Assembly: GCA_944390285.1 (NCBI GenBank)
Contig: CALXPN010000003.1
Span: forward strand, 114,285-178,284
Source of the DNA: an uncultured Clostridia bacterium
GTDB lineage: Bacteria; Bacillota; Clostridia; TANB77; CAG-508
Length of the DNA: 64,000 nt
Direction: 5' to 3'
The notes under the pieces are model-generated. The model saw only the letters and a program-made list of their open reading frames with translations, had not been told where the DNA came from and ran no database searches. The position numbers and the translations under genes are program-made. Below, one piece after another: positions 1 through 10,088 of this stretch. Each line of letters begins with the position of its first letter. Position 1 is the first letter of the stretch.

Positions 1-914
1 AATTTTAAATTTTGAGTAGATTTATATACTAATATATCCTTAAAATATTTTACTATTTCCCATAAATAATTATATAAGTCTTTTCCATCTTCTATTACTT
101 TATCTATCACTTCTAGTGCTTTTACTGTATCATAATCTAATATCGACTTTGCAATAGAATGTATATATTCTAATTTTGGAAGTCCTACTAAGTCTTTTAC
201 TTCATCTATCGTAATAATCTTAGATGCTTCTCCTTCTTGGCTACATCTTTCTAAGATACTTATAGCATCTCTCATATGCCCTTCTGAAAGAACTGCCATA
301 ATTTTTAATGCATTTTCTTCACAATTAATATTTGCTTTTCTGCAAATTATTTTTAATCTTTTTATTATATCATCATCTGGTATTTTTTTAAAATCAAATC
401 TTTGACATCTAGAAAGAATAGTTGTTGGTATTTTTTGTGGTTCTGTAGTTGCTAAAATAAATTTTACATGCTCTGGTGGTTCTTCTAATGTTTTTAATAA
501 TGCATTAAAAGCACCTGTTGAAAGCATATGAACCTCATCAATAATATATACTCTATACTTTGCTTTTGTTGGCAGAAAATTCACTTCATCACGAATAGTT
601 CTAATGTCTTCTACACTATTATTTGATGCTGCATCCATTTCAACTACATCTGTAAGAGAACCTTCTAATATCTCCTTGCAAATTTCACACTCATTACATG
701 GCTCTCCATTTTGAGGATTTAAACAATTCACTGCTCTTGCTAATATTTTCGCTGATGTTGTTTTACCTGTACCTCTTCCTCCATTAAAAAGATATGCATG
801 TCCAACTCTATTTGAAATTACTTGATTTTTTAAAGTCCTAGTTATATGTTCTTGACCAACCATTTCTGAAAATTTAAGGGGTCTAAAATTTCTATATAAA
901 GCTGTATATGACAT
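1..914 (-). CDS. dnaX: DNA polymerase III subunit gamma/tau, N-terminal ~305 aa; the 3' end runs off the window
   Basis: Reverse-strand translation from the ATG at 914 (RBS GGAGG 7 nt upstream) gives MSYTALYRNFRPLKFSEMVGQEHITRTLKNQ...GRGTGKTT...CNECEICK...: Walker A and zinc-finger motifs typical of DnaX. Not listed in the ORF track because it is partial. Confidence 0.9.
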   Translation of the reverse strand, partial: MSYTALYRNFRPLKFSEMVGQEHITRTLKNQVISNRVGHAYLFNGGRGTGKTTSAKILARAVNCLNPQNGEPCNECEICKEILEGSLTDVVEMDAASNNSVEDIRTIRDEVNFLPTKAKYRVYIIDEVHMLSTGAFNALLKTLEEPPEHVKFILATTEPQKIPTTILSRCQRFDFKKIPDDDIIKRLKIICRKANINCEENALKIMAVLSEGHMRDAISILERCSQEGEASKIITIDEVKDLVGLPKLEYIHSIAKSILDYDTVKALEVIDKVIEDGKDLYNYLWEIVKYFKDILVYKSTQNLK

Positions 915-954
915 GACTAACCTCCTTTTAAATTTTATTTTTATACATAAAATA

Positions 955-1075
955 TGACTTTCCTTAAGGAAGGCATGCGAATCACATAAATACACTACTT
1001 ATCGCTGCTTTCTTCCGAACCTGACGAGATTCATAGCTTTTTATTGAAGCATACCTTCCTTAAGAAAAGCCACTT
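955..1075 (-). ncRNA. ffs: Signal recognition particle RNA (small 4.5S type)
   Basis: Minus strand reads ...CGTCAGGTTCGGAAGAAAGCAGC..., matching the conserved SRP domain IV motif GUCAGGUCCGGAAGGAAGCAGC. A long closing helix is formed by ccttaaggaaggcatgc and gcataccttccttaag. The position immediately upstream of dnaX matches the Bacillus scr-dnaX synteny. Ends are approximate. Confidence 0.75.
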
Positions 1076-1200
1076 TAATTTCTAAATGATTATATAATGG
1101 ATTTCCTTATTTTGCAATAGTTTTTTATTAATATACTTAACTTATTTTTCTATATATCTTTTAATTAATTTTATTTATATACCTCATTCATTTTCTATTA

Positions 1201-1926
1201 CTAAATTCTTTTAAATACTATATTTGAAAAATCTGTAATTTCTTTTTGTGAAGTGCCTTCCTCTATAACAGTATCTATTGGCATATCTAAATTTAATGTA
1301 CCTTTATAATTAATATTATCACTTGTTGTTATTATTAAATCAAAACTAATATTAAACTTTATTTCATCTATTTTTAATCCTAAATTTGAAAGTAACCTTC
1401 CATCATATGTTATTTCTGCTGATTCATTTGACACATATGAACCCAAATCTTCTACAGATGCTCTGAAACCTAAAACTCCACCATTATTTGCAATTTCTAA
1501 TGATTTCATATCATCAATTATTGCACCTTTATATACTAGTCCTTCATAAAAATAATCTTGTTCACTATATGTATATAAATTATCTAAATCTCCTGTCGGT
1601 CTTAAAATTTTTATATTTCCTTTTTGAGGAGATTTGTTTAATAAAAAGTTTTCTATTTTAATTTCTTTTATTGTTTCATCTGTATCTATAGTTTTATCTA
1701 TATACATATATAAATCATTTACTTGTATGACATTTATATTCCAAATATTTTGTGGATCATCTACTACTCGTCCATCAACAGTGCTAACTAATAAAATTTT
1801 ACTAATTGAAAATGGTAAAATTTTTTCTCCTTCAACATCATACTTTACCATTATAGAAAAAACAATTGTAAGTATAATTATTATAAATAATATAAATAGA
1901 CACTTTTTAAATAGATTTTTTTTCAC
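1201..1926 (-). CDS. hypothetical membrane-anchored protein (N-terminal TM helix, 241 aa) inserted between tadA and the SRP RNA
   Basis: Long ORF with hydrophobic N-terminus LFILFIIIILTIVFSIMV; no recognisable catalytic motif. Confidence 0.5.
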   Translation of the reverse strand: MKKNLFKKCLFILFIIIILTIVFSIMVKYDVEGEKILPFSISKILLVSTVDGRVVDDPQNIWNINVIQVNDLYMYIDKTIDTDETIKEIKIENFLLNKSPQKGNIKILRPTGDLDNLYTYSEQDYFYEGLVYKGAIIDDMKSLEIANNGGVLGFRASVEDLGSYVSNESAEITYDGRLLSNLGLKIDEIKFNISFDLIITTSDNINYKGTLNLDMPIDTVIEEGTSQKEITDFSNIVFKRI

Positions 1927-2380
1927 TTTTGTTTCTCTCCCTTAAAAACTTAAAAAATTTCTTAAGTATTTTTTCACATTCTTCTTTTAATATATATTTT
2001 TCTACTTCTATTTTATGATTAAATTTATAATCTTCTAAAAGATTTAAAACAGATCCACAAGCTCCAGTTTTAGCATCATCTGTTCCTATATATATTTTTT
2101 TTATTCTAGACTGAATTAAAGCTCCAGCACACATCGAACATGGTTCAAGAGTTACATACATTTCACAGCCTAATAATCTCCATGAACCTAATTTTTGGCA
2201 AGCTTTTTTTATTGCTATAATTTCAGCATGACATGTTGAATCTTTCCTAGTTTCTTTTGTATTATGAGCTCTTGCTATTATTTTTCCATCTTTAACTATA
2301 ATTGCACCAACTGGCACTTCCTCTTTTTTTAATGCTTTTTGTGCCTCTTTTAGTGCTTCCCTCATATATTCTTCTTCCAA
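1907..2380 (-). CDS. tadA: tRNA-specific adenosine deaminase
   Basis: CMP/dCMP deaminase zinc motifs HAEIIAI and (T)LEPCSMCAGAL; ~155 aa; position upstream of scr/dnaX as in Bacillus. Confidence 0.85.
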   Translation of the reverse strand: MEEEYMREALKEAQKALKKEEVPVGAIIVKDGKIIARAHNTKETRKDSTCHAEIIAIKKACQKLGSWRLLGCEMYVTLEPCSMCAGALIQSRIKKIYIGTDDAKTGACGSVLNLLEDYKFNHKIEVEKYILKEECEKILKKFFKFLRERNKSEKKSI

Positions 2381-2425
2381 AACTAATTTCCTTTCTAGCT
2401 TAAAAGTTCACAAATTATTTATCAT

Positions 2426-2501
<76 letters not shown>

Positions 2502-2590
2502 ATTATGCAATTATTATACATAATTTTATAATAAAAATCAAGACTGATATACAGCCTTGATTTTTCTAGTATTTATAGTCTATTAAAATT

Positions 2591-3431
2591 TTAATCAGAA
2601 ATTCTTACAAAATTATATTCATTTTCTGTTGGATTTATAATTTTCATTAAATATCCTGAATATATTCCTTCTTCTCCTTCATTACTTGTTAAATCATTAT
2701 CTATTTTTACATTACATACATATTCTTCATTATAATTACTTATAATATGTATTGTAAAAGATATTTTAGAATTTAAAGTTTTTACATCAATTCCAGCTTG
2801 TGCTAAAATACTTCCATCAAATGAGATAGATGCATTTTCACTATTTACTTCACAACTTGTTAAAATGTTTTTGTTCACATATCCGAAGTGATATTGGATT
2901 TGAGCAATCCGTATAAAATATATTTTCATCATAATTTGCTACTTCATTTTTTTGATTAGAATTTAGTACATTAAATAAAATTCCATCATCTCTCCAATTT
3001 TCTAAATCTACATACTTTCCGCAATTTAAAGGATTTTTATAATTAAATATTTTTTCTCCTGTATCTGATTCTGATTCTATTTTTATATTATCTATAAATA
3101 ATTCATTTACTGTATTTTCTGCAGAAATTTCTTCTGATTTTGATTTATTATTTATAAAAATCTCAATATCTGTAAACTGACTTATATCTAAATTTTTAAG
3201 TTCTCCATTACTATTGTCTATTGCATTTGCACTACTATATAAAATTATTTTTTCTATTTTAAAAATTGGATTTTTATTTTCAGTAGCAAACCTTTCAGAT
3301 TCTTCTAAATAAATCATTTTTCCAGTTTCCCTTTGAAAAATATATTTATAAGTAAAAATAGAAACAACTAATAAAATAATATCTATTACTAAAATAATTA
3401 TATTTATTTTATTTACTTTATTTAATTTCAA
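2591..3431 (-). pseudogene. membrane-anchored protein split into two overlapping ORFs (2850..3431 and 2591..2932) by an apparent +1 frameshift near 2886
   Basis: Removing one C from the coding-strand context ACTT[C]GG joins ...CSNPISL to GYVNKNILTSCEVNS..., giving one ~280-aa protein with an N-terminal TM segment. Confidence 0.45.
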
Positions 3432-3449
3432 TTTTTTTCCTCTCTTTTA

Positions 3450-4808
3450 TTATAAATTATCATATAATGAAACCATTGTATCATATACCTTTTGTGCCCA
3501 ACCTTGATCACTTGCATATCGTGTGTTTACTCCTGTTACAGTAGGACCATTATAGAAGCTTCCTGTTGCACTTTCACCATTATATATTTCTGTTCCTGCT
3601 GGATTTAAATAATTTTTTACAAGTGATTTTGCAACTAGTTCTATTCCATATTGATAACTTTCAAACATATAAGATGATTCAAAAGCACTTGCATCATATG
3701 AACCATATCCAAATAAATTCTTTTTCTGCATAGCAATGTTTGAAGTTCCCCAGCCACTTTCATGTATTGCAATTGAAGCTAAAAATACACCATTTATATT
3801 ATATTTTTGTTCTGCCTCATAAAAAGCTGTTGCATTATCTTCAAAAATATGATTAACATCCCTTGAATCTCCTGAAAGAATTTTCTTAAAATCCTCTCTT
3901 GTAAGTCCGCTCACTTGATTTAATGGCATATCTATATTCACAGATAGTTTTATTCTTTTCTTTCTTGCTATTTCTGAAATACCTGGAGTTAAAGCTTCTG
4001 ATGTAAGATCTTCTCCTTTAACATATCCTTCCATTCCATCTATTGAGACTTTAGCCCATCCATTATTTTCTTCTAATAACTCTACATCTATGTCTCCATA
4101 TATCATACATATGATATTATTATTCTCTTCTGGTGATTCATAAAGATTTGTATCTACTGTAGTAAACATTTTGTCACCAATATGTACCTTTTTTTCATAT
4201 AAAAATTCTGATGTACCTTTTTCAATAATTAAGTTTACTGGTTCTGAAATTATTATTTCACTTATTATATTTTCATCAACAACCTCATCATTTTCATATG
4301 TTTTAATTATTGTTTGTTCTTTAGAACCCATTACCCCTTCTTGTATTGTTTTTTCTTCTCCTTTTGGTAATTGGTTGTTTTCAATGTATTCTGTTTCATA
4401 TTGCGTTTCTATTTGTGTTGTTATTATTTCTTTTTTTGTCAGTTCACTAATATTATTTGACAATACTCCCATTATATCTATAGTATTCTCATTTTCTTCA
4501 AAAGTATTTATTGGTACTTTTTCTTCCTCTGTTGTTGCAAAAATATAATTACTTTTTATTGATGTTGCAAATAAAATCAAAAATAAAATTCCTATAACAG
4601 CACCAATTGCATTAAATTTTTTATTTACAACATATATTCTATTAAATTTTATTTCTTCTTGTTCTTCAAATTGTTTGGCTCTAGCTCGTCCATATCGTAT
4701 ATCTTGTACTTCTTTGAAAAGGTCGGCAAGTTGTTTTGCATTTTTTAAATTATAATCTCTAGAATCTTCATTCATTATTTTACCTCCCTTTCCTTTAATT
4801 TTATCCAT
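3450..4808 (-). CDS. membrane-anchored peptidoglycan hydrolase (N-acetylglucosaminidase domain, probable SH3b-like domain); candidate T4SS cell-wall hydrolase (TcpG/Orf14 analogue)
   Basis: C-terminal VFLASIAIHESGWGTSNIAMQKKNLFGYG...YASDQGWAQKVYDTM is glucosaminidase-like (FlgJ/PF01832); N-terminal TM helix; GWAKVSIDGMEGYVKGEDL is SH3b-like. Confidence 0.8.
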   Translation of the reverse strand: MDKIKGKGGKIMNEDSRDYNLKNAKQLADLFKEVQDIRYGRARAKQFEEQEEIKFNRIYVVNKKFNAIGAVIGILFLILFATSIKSNYIFATTEEEKVPINTFEENENTIDIMGVLSNNISELTKKEIITTQIETQYETEYIENNQLPKGEEKTIQEGVMGSKEQTIIKTYENDEVVDENIISEIIISEPVNLIIEKGTSEFLYEKKVHIGDKMFTTVDTNLYESPEENNNIICMIYGDIDVELLEENNGWAKVSIDGMEGYVKGEDLTSEALTPGISEIARKKRIKLSVNIDMPLNQVSGLTREDFKKILSGDSRDVNHIFEDNATAFYEAEQKYNINGVFLASIAIHESGWGTSNIAMQKKNLFGYGSYDASAFESSYMFESYQYGIELVAKSLVKNYLNPAGTEIYNGESATGSFYNGPTVTGVNTRYASDQGWAQKVYDTMVSLYDNL

Positions 4809-4968
4809 TTATACAAATATATTTTATAATATTTGTCATTTCTTATCAATAGTTTTTTCTGGAAAATATATTACATTATTATTTCATTATTACATTTTCT
4901 TATATTCTTGATTTTATTTAAATATATATATATAATATATTTAATAACTTAGAATAGAGGTAATTTAT

Positions 4969-5127
4969 ATGGATATGGTAAGTGTTGTAATCAATATAAT
5001 AATAGGATTTGTAGTTGTATTTGGTACTTTAATCTTTTATGGTCGTTCATCTGGATGGTTTAAAGAAGGTGGCTTAGTATATGAATGGTGGCAAAACAAA
5101 AAAAATGGAAAAAAAAATAAAAAATAA
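4969..5127 (+). CDS. small hydrophobic protein (52 aa)
   Basis: ATG preceded by AGAGG; MDMVSVVINIIIGFVVVFGTLIFYG...; followed by hairpin 5141-5167. Too short for the ORF track. Confidence 0.3.
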   Translation: MDMVSVVINIIIGFVVVFGTLIFYGRSSGWFKEGGLVYEWWQNKKNGKKNKK

Positions 5128-5140
5128 TACTGCAAAATAA

Positions 5141-5167
5141 AAAAACTACATAAAAGTAGTTTTTTTA
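5141..5167. terminator. bidirectional intrinsic terminator hairpin
   Basis: aaaaaactac-ataaaa-gtagttttttt lies between convergent genes. Confidence 0.6.
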
Positions 5168-5169
5168 TT

Positions 5170-5872
5170 TTACCATTCTATATCTTCTATAGGTTTTGGA
5201 TTTTGATTTATTTCTATTTTTTGTGCAGTTCCATTTTTAAAGTTAATTACTTTATCTGCCATTGGAGCTATTGCACTATTATGAGTAATTATAATTACTG
5301 TCATATTTTCTTTCCTACAAGTATCTTGTAATAATTTTAAAATTTGTTTTCCAGTATTATAATCTAATGCTCCAGTTGGTTCATCACATAATAAAAGTTT
5401 AGGATTTTTAGCTATTGCTCTTGCAATTGCCACTCTTTGCTGTTCTCCACCTGATAATTGTGAAGGAAAATTTTTAATTCTATCTTTTAAACCTACTTTT
5501 TCGAGAACAGTTTTAGGATCTAATGAATCCTTGCAAATTTGTGTTGCAAGTTCTACATTCTCAATAGCTGTTAGATTTTGTATTAAATTGTAAAATTGAA
5601 ATACAAATCCAATATCTTCCCTTCTATATTTTATTAATTGTCTATTTGTTAATTTATCTATTCTTTTTCCATCTACAATTACATTTCCAGATGTTACAGA
5701 GTCCATACCACCGAAGTATATTTAGTGCTGTAGTTTTTCCTGCACCACTTGGCCCTACTATAACTACAAGTTCTCCTTTTTCTATTTGAAAATTAGTATT
5801 ATCTAGAGCCTTTATACTCACTTCGCCCATTTTATATTCTTTTACAACATTATTAAATTCAATATAAGACAT
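5170..5872 (-). pseudogene. ABC transporter ATP-binding protein (FtsE/LolD/MacB-type) interrupted by a +1 frameshift
   Basis: ORF 5654..5872 carries Walker A GPSGAGKTTALNIL; ORF 5170..5706 carries [14 protein letters not shown] and [12 protein letters not shown]. The coding strand reads ctt-C-ggt-ggt-atg where NILGGMD is expected, i.e. one extra C. Confidence 0.8.
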
Positions 5873-5884
5873 GTATTCTCCTTT

Positions 5885-6862
5885 TTAATTATTTTCTACA
5901 TTTACAGTCATGCTAAATTTAGCTATGGCATTATCTATTTCTGATTGAATAGTCTCTTGAGGTATTTCATCACCTGTTCCTGAATATTTTTCCATTACTC
6001 TTATAGAAGAAAATAGTAATGATTGAGATATATCTCCATCATCTACAAATTTTGGAAAAGTCAATGTTATTGTAGCTGTTTCTTGAGGACTTAAAACTAT
6101 TTCTGATAAATCTGTACGATTTCTTGTTTCATTTGGTAATACAAGTACTGCTTCATCAGTTTCTTGTCCATCTGCAATAACAATTGTATAATTTGATCTA
6201 TTTGTAAAAGTTACTTCATAGCTTTCAATACTATAGTTCACAATCTTACTAACAACATCTATTTTTAAATATTCATTTTCTGAAATTGCTTTTACATCTT
6301 CATAATAAATAAAATCACCAGCACTCATTTCTAAACCTGTATCTGTATCATAAAATGTTAGTTTTTCTGATGTATAAGTATATGTACTATTTGTAAGACC
6401 TGTTGCTAAAAGATCATCTGTATATTTTATTTCATATATATATAATCTTGTATTACCATATTTTATATTAGAATAATCTTGAATAGAATATTCTTTTGGT
6501 GTAGGCATTCTTACTAATACATGTTGCATAAATTCTTCTACATCATCATTAAAACCATATTTTCTACATTCTTCTGATAACATATTAAATGCTTTTTGAT
6601 AATTTCCTTCATTACAATATCCTACATATTCTGAAATTAAATCTTCTATTGGTTGTTCTAAAGAACTTGGTGTAGAAGCCCCAGAGTCTATAACAGATGT
6701 ATGTGGATCATAAGTTGTAGTTGCTTCTGGTTCTATATTTCTATTTTTAAGCATTATATTTATGAAAAATATAATAGCCCAAATTATAAGAATAATTATT
6801 AATATTCTTTTATACTTTCTCAAAAAATGTCTTATTTTTAATCTAACTTCTGTAAAATTCAT
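5885..6862 (-). CDS. exported/membrane-anchored protein (N-terminal TM), unknown function; T4SS-cluster component (VirB8/TcpC-like role possible)
   Basis: 325-aa ORF with an N-terminal hydrophobic helix and Ser/Thr/Tyr-rich extracytoplasmic part. Confidence 0.5.
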   Translation of the reverse strand: MNFTEVRLKIRHFLRKYKRILIIILIIWAIIFFINIMLKNRNIEPEATTTYDPHTSVIDSGASTPSSLEQPIEDLISEYVGYCNEGNYQKAFNMLSEECRKYGFNDDVEEFMQHVLVRMPTPKEYSIQDYSNIKYGNTRLYIYEIKYTDDLLATGLTNSTYTYTSEKLTFYDTDTGLEMSAGDFIYYEDVKAISENEYLKIDVVSKIVNYSIESYEVTFTNRSNYTIVIADGQETDEAVLVLPNETRNRTDLSEIVLSPQETATITLTFPKFVDDGDISQSLLFSSIRVMEKYSGTGDEIPQETIQSEIDNAIAKFSMTVNVENN

Positions 6863-6874
6863 ATTTTTTCCTTT

Positions 6875-7399
6875 CTAAATGACTGAGAAAGACAAATCAA
6901 AGTCATTTAAATCATTTTCTTGAATTACAAAATTCATTTCTCTTGACGAATCTTTTCCACTTAGTGGATTACTAATAGTTACCCATAATACATAGACTGT
7001 TCCATTTCTTTCTATATTTGTGTATTCCATTGAAGACATTGAAGGGAACTTTGTTTTTACATAATTTTCAAAATCTGCAAGTGTTTTAAAATAGTTTTGT
7101 TTAAACTCATCATATAACATATCATATGCTTCTTGATATTCTTCATTTTCTATAGCTTTCATAAAAGAAGATACATAATATTCCATTCTATCTCTTTCGC
7201 CCATTTCTCCTAAATCATTTTTTACCATGTTATTTACTTCTTCTTCTACTACAACTGCAATTTCTTCGTTTGTCATATTACTATAATCTATTGAATCTTC
7301 ATCTCGTGTAGTAAAAAAAGCAATTAAACCAAGTATTACAACAATAATTAATCCAACAATCACTATTTTGTTGTCTTTTTTCATTTTCATCATTTTCAT
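6875..7399 (-). CDS. small membrane-anchored protein (174 aa)
   Basis: ORF with N-terminal TM helix IVIVGLIIVVILGLIAFF. Confidence 0.5.
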   Translation of the reverse strand: MKMMKMKKDNKIVIVGLIIVVILGLIAFFTTRDEDSIDYSNMTNEEIAVVVEEEVNNMVKNDLGEMGERDRMEYYVSSFMKAIENEEYQEAYDMLYDEFKQNYFKTLADFENYVKTKFPSMSSMEYTNIERNGTVYVLWVTISNPLSGKDSSREMNFVIQENDLNDFDLSFSVI

Positions 7400-7415
7400 C
7401 TCCTTTTATAAAATT

Positions 7416-10085
7416 TTATTCTTTATCTGCTCCTGAAGATTTATATAAATTTGAATTTCGCACTAAATTATTGTACATTGCATCTATTAATCTATCTGAA
7501 TCTCCCTCATAACTTGCATGTTTTGAAAATGTTTCTGATATACTTTCTTCTCTTTTTAAATTTTCATATTCTTTAACAGCTTTATCTATACTATCTAAAG
7601 TTTCTGATGATCTACTATTTAAACCTGCTCTATCCATAATCATATCACTTGCTTTTATTGAAGCTCCACCTTTTAATAATGATGCATCTACAGATTTTAA
7701 AATATTTTCCATAGTTTGCACAGCACTATCTGAATCGTCTTCGGTTATATGATTGTTTTGCATAGATTCTGCTTCTTGTCCATTTGAATTTTGTAATTTT
7801 AATTTCATTATTAATTTTAATATTTGATTTTTCTTTTTTTCTAACTCTGATTTACTTGGTCCACTTGCTCTTGAAGCAATTCTTGCTTTAACTGCATCTT
7901 CTGTAAAGAAATCCGCTTTTTCTTTAGCTAAAGTATCTCTTTTGAAAACTGCTTGTTTTAATTTAGAGTATCTGTTTGCTTCTTCTTTTAATCTATCTGA
8001 CTCTAATTGCTTTCTCTCAGTTGCTTTCGCAAGTTCTGCTTCTCGTTCTTCTTTTTTCTTTAAGTCATCATTTATACTATCAATTTTACTTTGAGCTTTT
8101 CTTCTTTCACTCTTAGATTTCGCATTTGCCTTTTCCTCTTTTGCTTTTTCTAATTTTTCTTGTTCTTTTTGAACTGCTTCTTTTGCTTTTTCTAATTCCT
8201 GTTTTTGTTTTTTCGCTTCTTCATCTGCCTTTTTTGCTTTTTCTGTAGCATTCTTAGCTTCATCAGAATTTGCAATTTTTTCTGCCTCTTCTTGTGTAAT
8301 ATTTGATCCAAATCCTAACTTATCTACTTCATCTTGTGCATCTTTTAATTTCTCATTAACCTCTTCATAATCTTGTTTTTCTAATTCTTCCATATTGTCT
8401 TCTTCAAAACCTGCAAGTGTTTTTGTACTTGAATTAAAAAATTCTCTACTACCATCTGTAATACCTTTTCTTATTGCATTTGCTTCTAATAAACCTGTAT
8501 CACCTGCTGCATATGACATTGCCATTGCCATTCCACCTAAAGCAAGTGGTATGCTTTTTCTCACCTGTCCTCCTAGCTTTTTCGCAAATTTTTGTGCTTT
8601 ACTTCCTTTATACCTTCCTTGCAGAGTTTTTGCTTTATCTTTTGTTTTTCTCAATTTATCTGCTCCAGCAGTTTTAGCTTTTTGCCCTGCATCTAATACT
8701 TTTTTTCCTGCTTGAGTATTACCAACTTTTTTACCAAAATCTGATATTCTGTTTTTTGCATTAGAAACTTTATTTCCAACTGCTTGACCTGCTTTAGTTG
8801 ATTTAAGTTTATTAAAATCATCCCCTGCTGCCTTTATAAGAGAGCTACCTGAAGTTCTCATAGCATTAAAGCCTTTTCTTGCAGATGCACCTATTTTATT
8901 TGCATTATTTAATACTGCCATAGTAGCAATTGCACCTGCAGCCATAGATGTATTTCTATTATCATCATTAAATCCGAATATTCTTCTTACTACTTTTTCT
9001 CCATCACTTACAAATTTTAAACAAAGTATTGCCAAAACTCCATTTGCGAGTTTGTTAAATTCCGCTGTTTGTAATAAGTTTGGAAGACTTGTAATAGTAA
9101 CACTTGCAGCACCAGTTACAAGCTCAAATGCTGTTTTTATCAGAGCTATATATATAATACAATGAAATGGTTGAATTAATATAGTAAAAACAAATTCTTT
9201 TAACCAATTATTCAAAGCTTGTGCTCTTCCATCACCCATTTTATCTATTGAATATGTTAATGAAATTAAAGGTGAAATTATTATTAAAAAACCTACTTTT
9301 AACATACGATTTACATATGCAACAAAGAAAAATAGTGTTTGTATTACTATCATACAGTATACTCCAGTTGACACTAAACTAGTAATTCCCACTCCTAATG
9401 TAGCAGATTTTGCAAGACCATTCATCATACTATCTATATCTTCAGATGAAGTCATTGCACCTAATGCTCCTACTATTGCATCATTTAAATATATTAATCC
9501 TATTGCTAAATACTGTAATATAAATATTAGTGCCAAACTACAAGCCCAATCAAAAAGCATTTTTTTGTATTTTGCTTTATCTTCTGCAACAGAAGATATC
9601 GCCATTCTTATTCCTACATAAATCAAAATACATAATAAAATTACACTTGAAATTAGTCTTAAAACATAAAACCAAAATGCAACAGCTGTTCTAAATTTAT
9701 ATAAAAATGAATCTGTATCTAATCCACTTATATCAAAAAAGTTAATATCTAATATTGCATACTGGTTGAAAAAAATATGAAAAGGTGTAACATAAACACC
9801 ATCACTAAAACTTGAACTATCAGGTATTTTTCCTTCACTTATTGCTACTCCATGTATTATTAGATTCATAACAAATGCAAATCCTATTATTAATATTCTA
9901 GGTATCCATAATACTATTGATACTATTCCACCTGCTAAATTCGTAATTGCATTTAATGTTTCCTCATTTATAACACTTGCAGCATTAACAGTGTTTGAAA
10001 AAGTAAATTCAAACACTATAATAAAAATTATTAAAATAAGTAAAATCTTTTTTAAACATCTTTTCATTATAACAATTAACTCCAA
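7416..10085 (-). CDS. VirB6/TcpH/Orf15-like polytopic membrane protein, paralog 1 (889 aa), with K/E-rich coiled-coil C-terminal tail
   Basis: Multi-TM N-terminal half with conserved blocks LYKFRTAVAFWFYVLRLISSVILLCILIYVGIRMA and SLTYSIDKMGDGRAQALNNWLKEFVFTILIQPFHCIIY, shared with the ORFs at 10089, 12888 and 19732. Low-complexity KE-rich tail. Confidence 0.6.
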   Translation of the reverse strand: MELIVIMKRCLKKILLILIIFIIVFEFTFSNTVNAASVINEETLNAITNLAGGIVSIVLWIPRILIIGFAFVMNLIIHGVAISEGKIPDSSSFSDGVYVTPFHIFFNQYAILDINFFDISGLDTDSFLYKFRTAVAFWFYVLRLISSVILLCILIYVGIRMAISSVAEDKAKYKKMLFDWACSLALIFILQYLAIGLIYLNDAIVGALGAMTSSEDIDSMMNGLAKSATLGVGITSLVSTGVYCMIVIQTLFFFVAYVNRMLKVGFLIIISPLISLTYSIDKMGDGRAQALNNWLKEFVFTILIQPFHCIIYIALIKTAFELVTGAASVTITSLPNLLQTAEFNKLANGVLAILCLKFVSDGEKVVRRIFGFNDDNRNTSMAAGAIATMAVLNNANKIGASARKGFNAMRTSGSSLIKAAGDDFNKLKSTKAGQAVGNKVSNAKNRISDFGKKVGNTQAGKKVLDAGQKAKTAGADKLRKTKDKAKTLQGRYKGSKAQKFAKKLGGQVRKSIPLALGGMAMAMSYAAGDTGLLEANAIRKGITDGSREFFNSSTKTLAGFEEDNMEELEKQDYEEVNEKLKDAQDEVDKLGFGSNITQEEAEKIANSDEAKNATEKAKKADEEAKKQKQELEKAKEAVQKEQEKLEKAKEEKANAKSKSERRKAQSKIDSINDDLKKKEEREAELAKATERKQLESDRLKEEANRYSKLKQAVFKRDTLAKEKADFFTEDAVKARIASRASGPSKSELEKKKNQILKLIMKLKLQNSNGQEAESMQNNHITEDDSDSAVQTMENILKSVDASLLKGGASIKASDMIMDRAGLNSRSSETLDSIDKAVKEYENLKREESISETFSKHASYEGDSDRLIDAMYNNLVRNSNLYKSSGADKE

Positions 10086-10088
10086 TTA

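Noticed and set aside
8395-8715. Plus-strand ORFs lying inside the large minus-strand genes (8395..8715, 8474..8677, 11005..11196, 11506..11943, 12640..13071, 14614..14847, 16334..16573, 21807..22211, 27137..27466, and others)
   Set aside because: They are hydrophobic or low-complexity mirror translations of AT-rich or KE-rich coding sequence on the opposite strand. None has an RBS or a partner in operon order, and they are nested in strongly supported genes.
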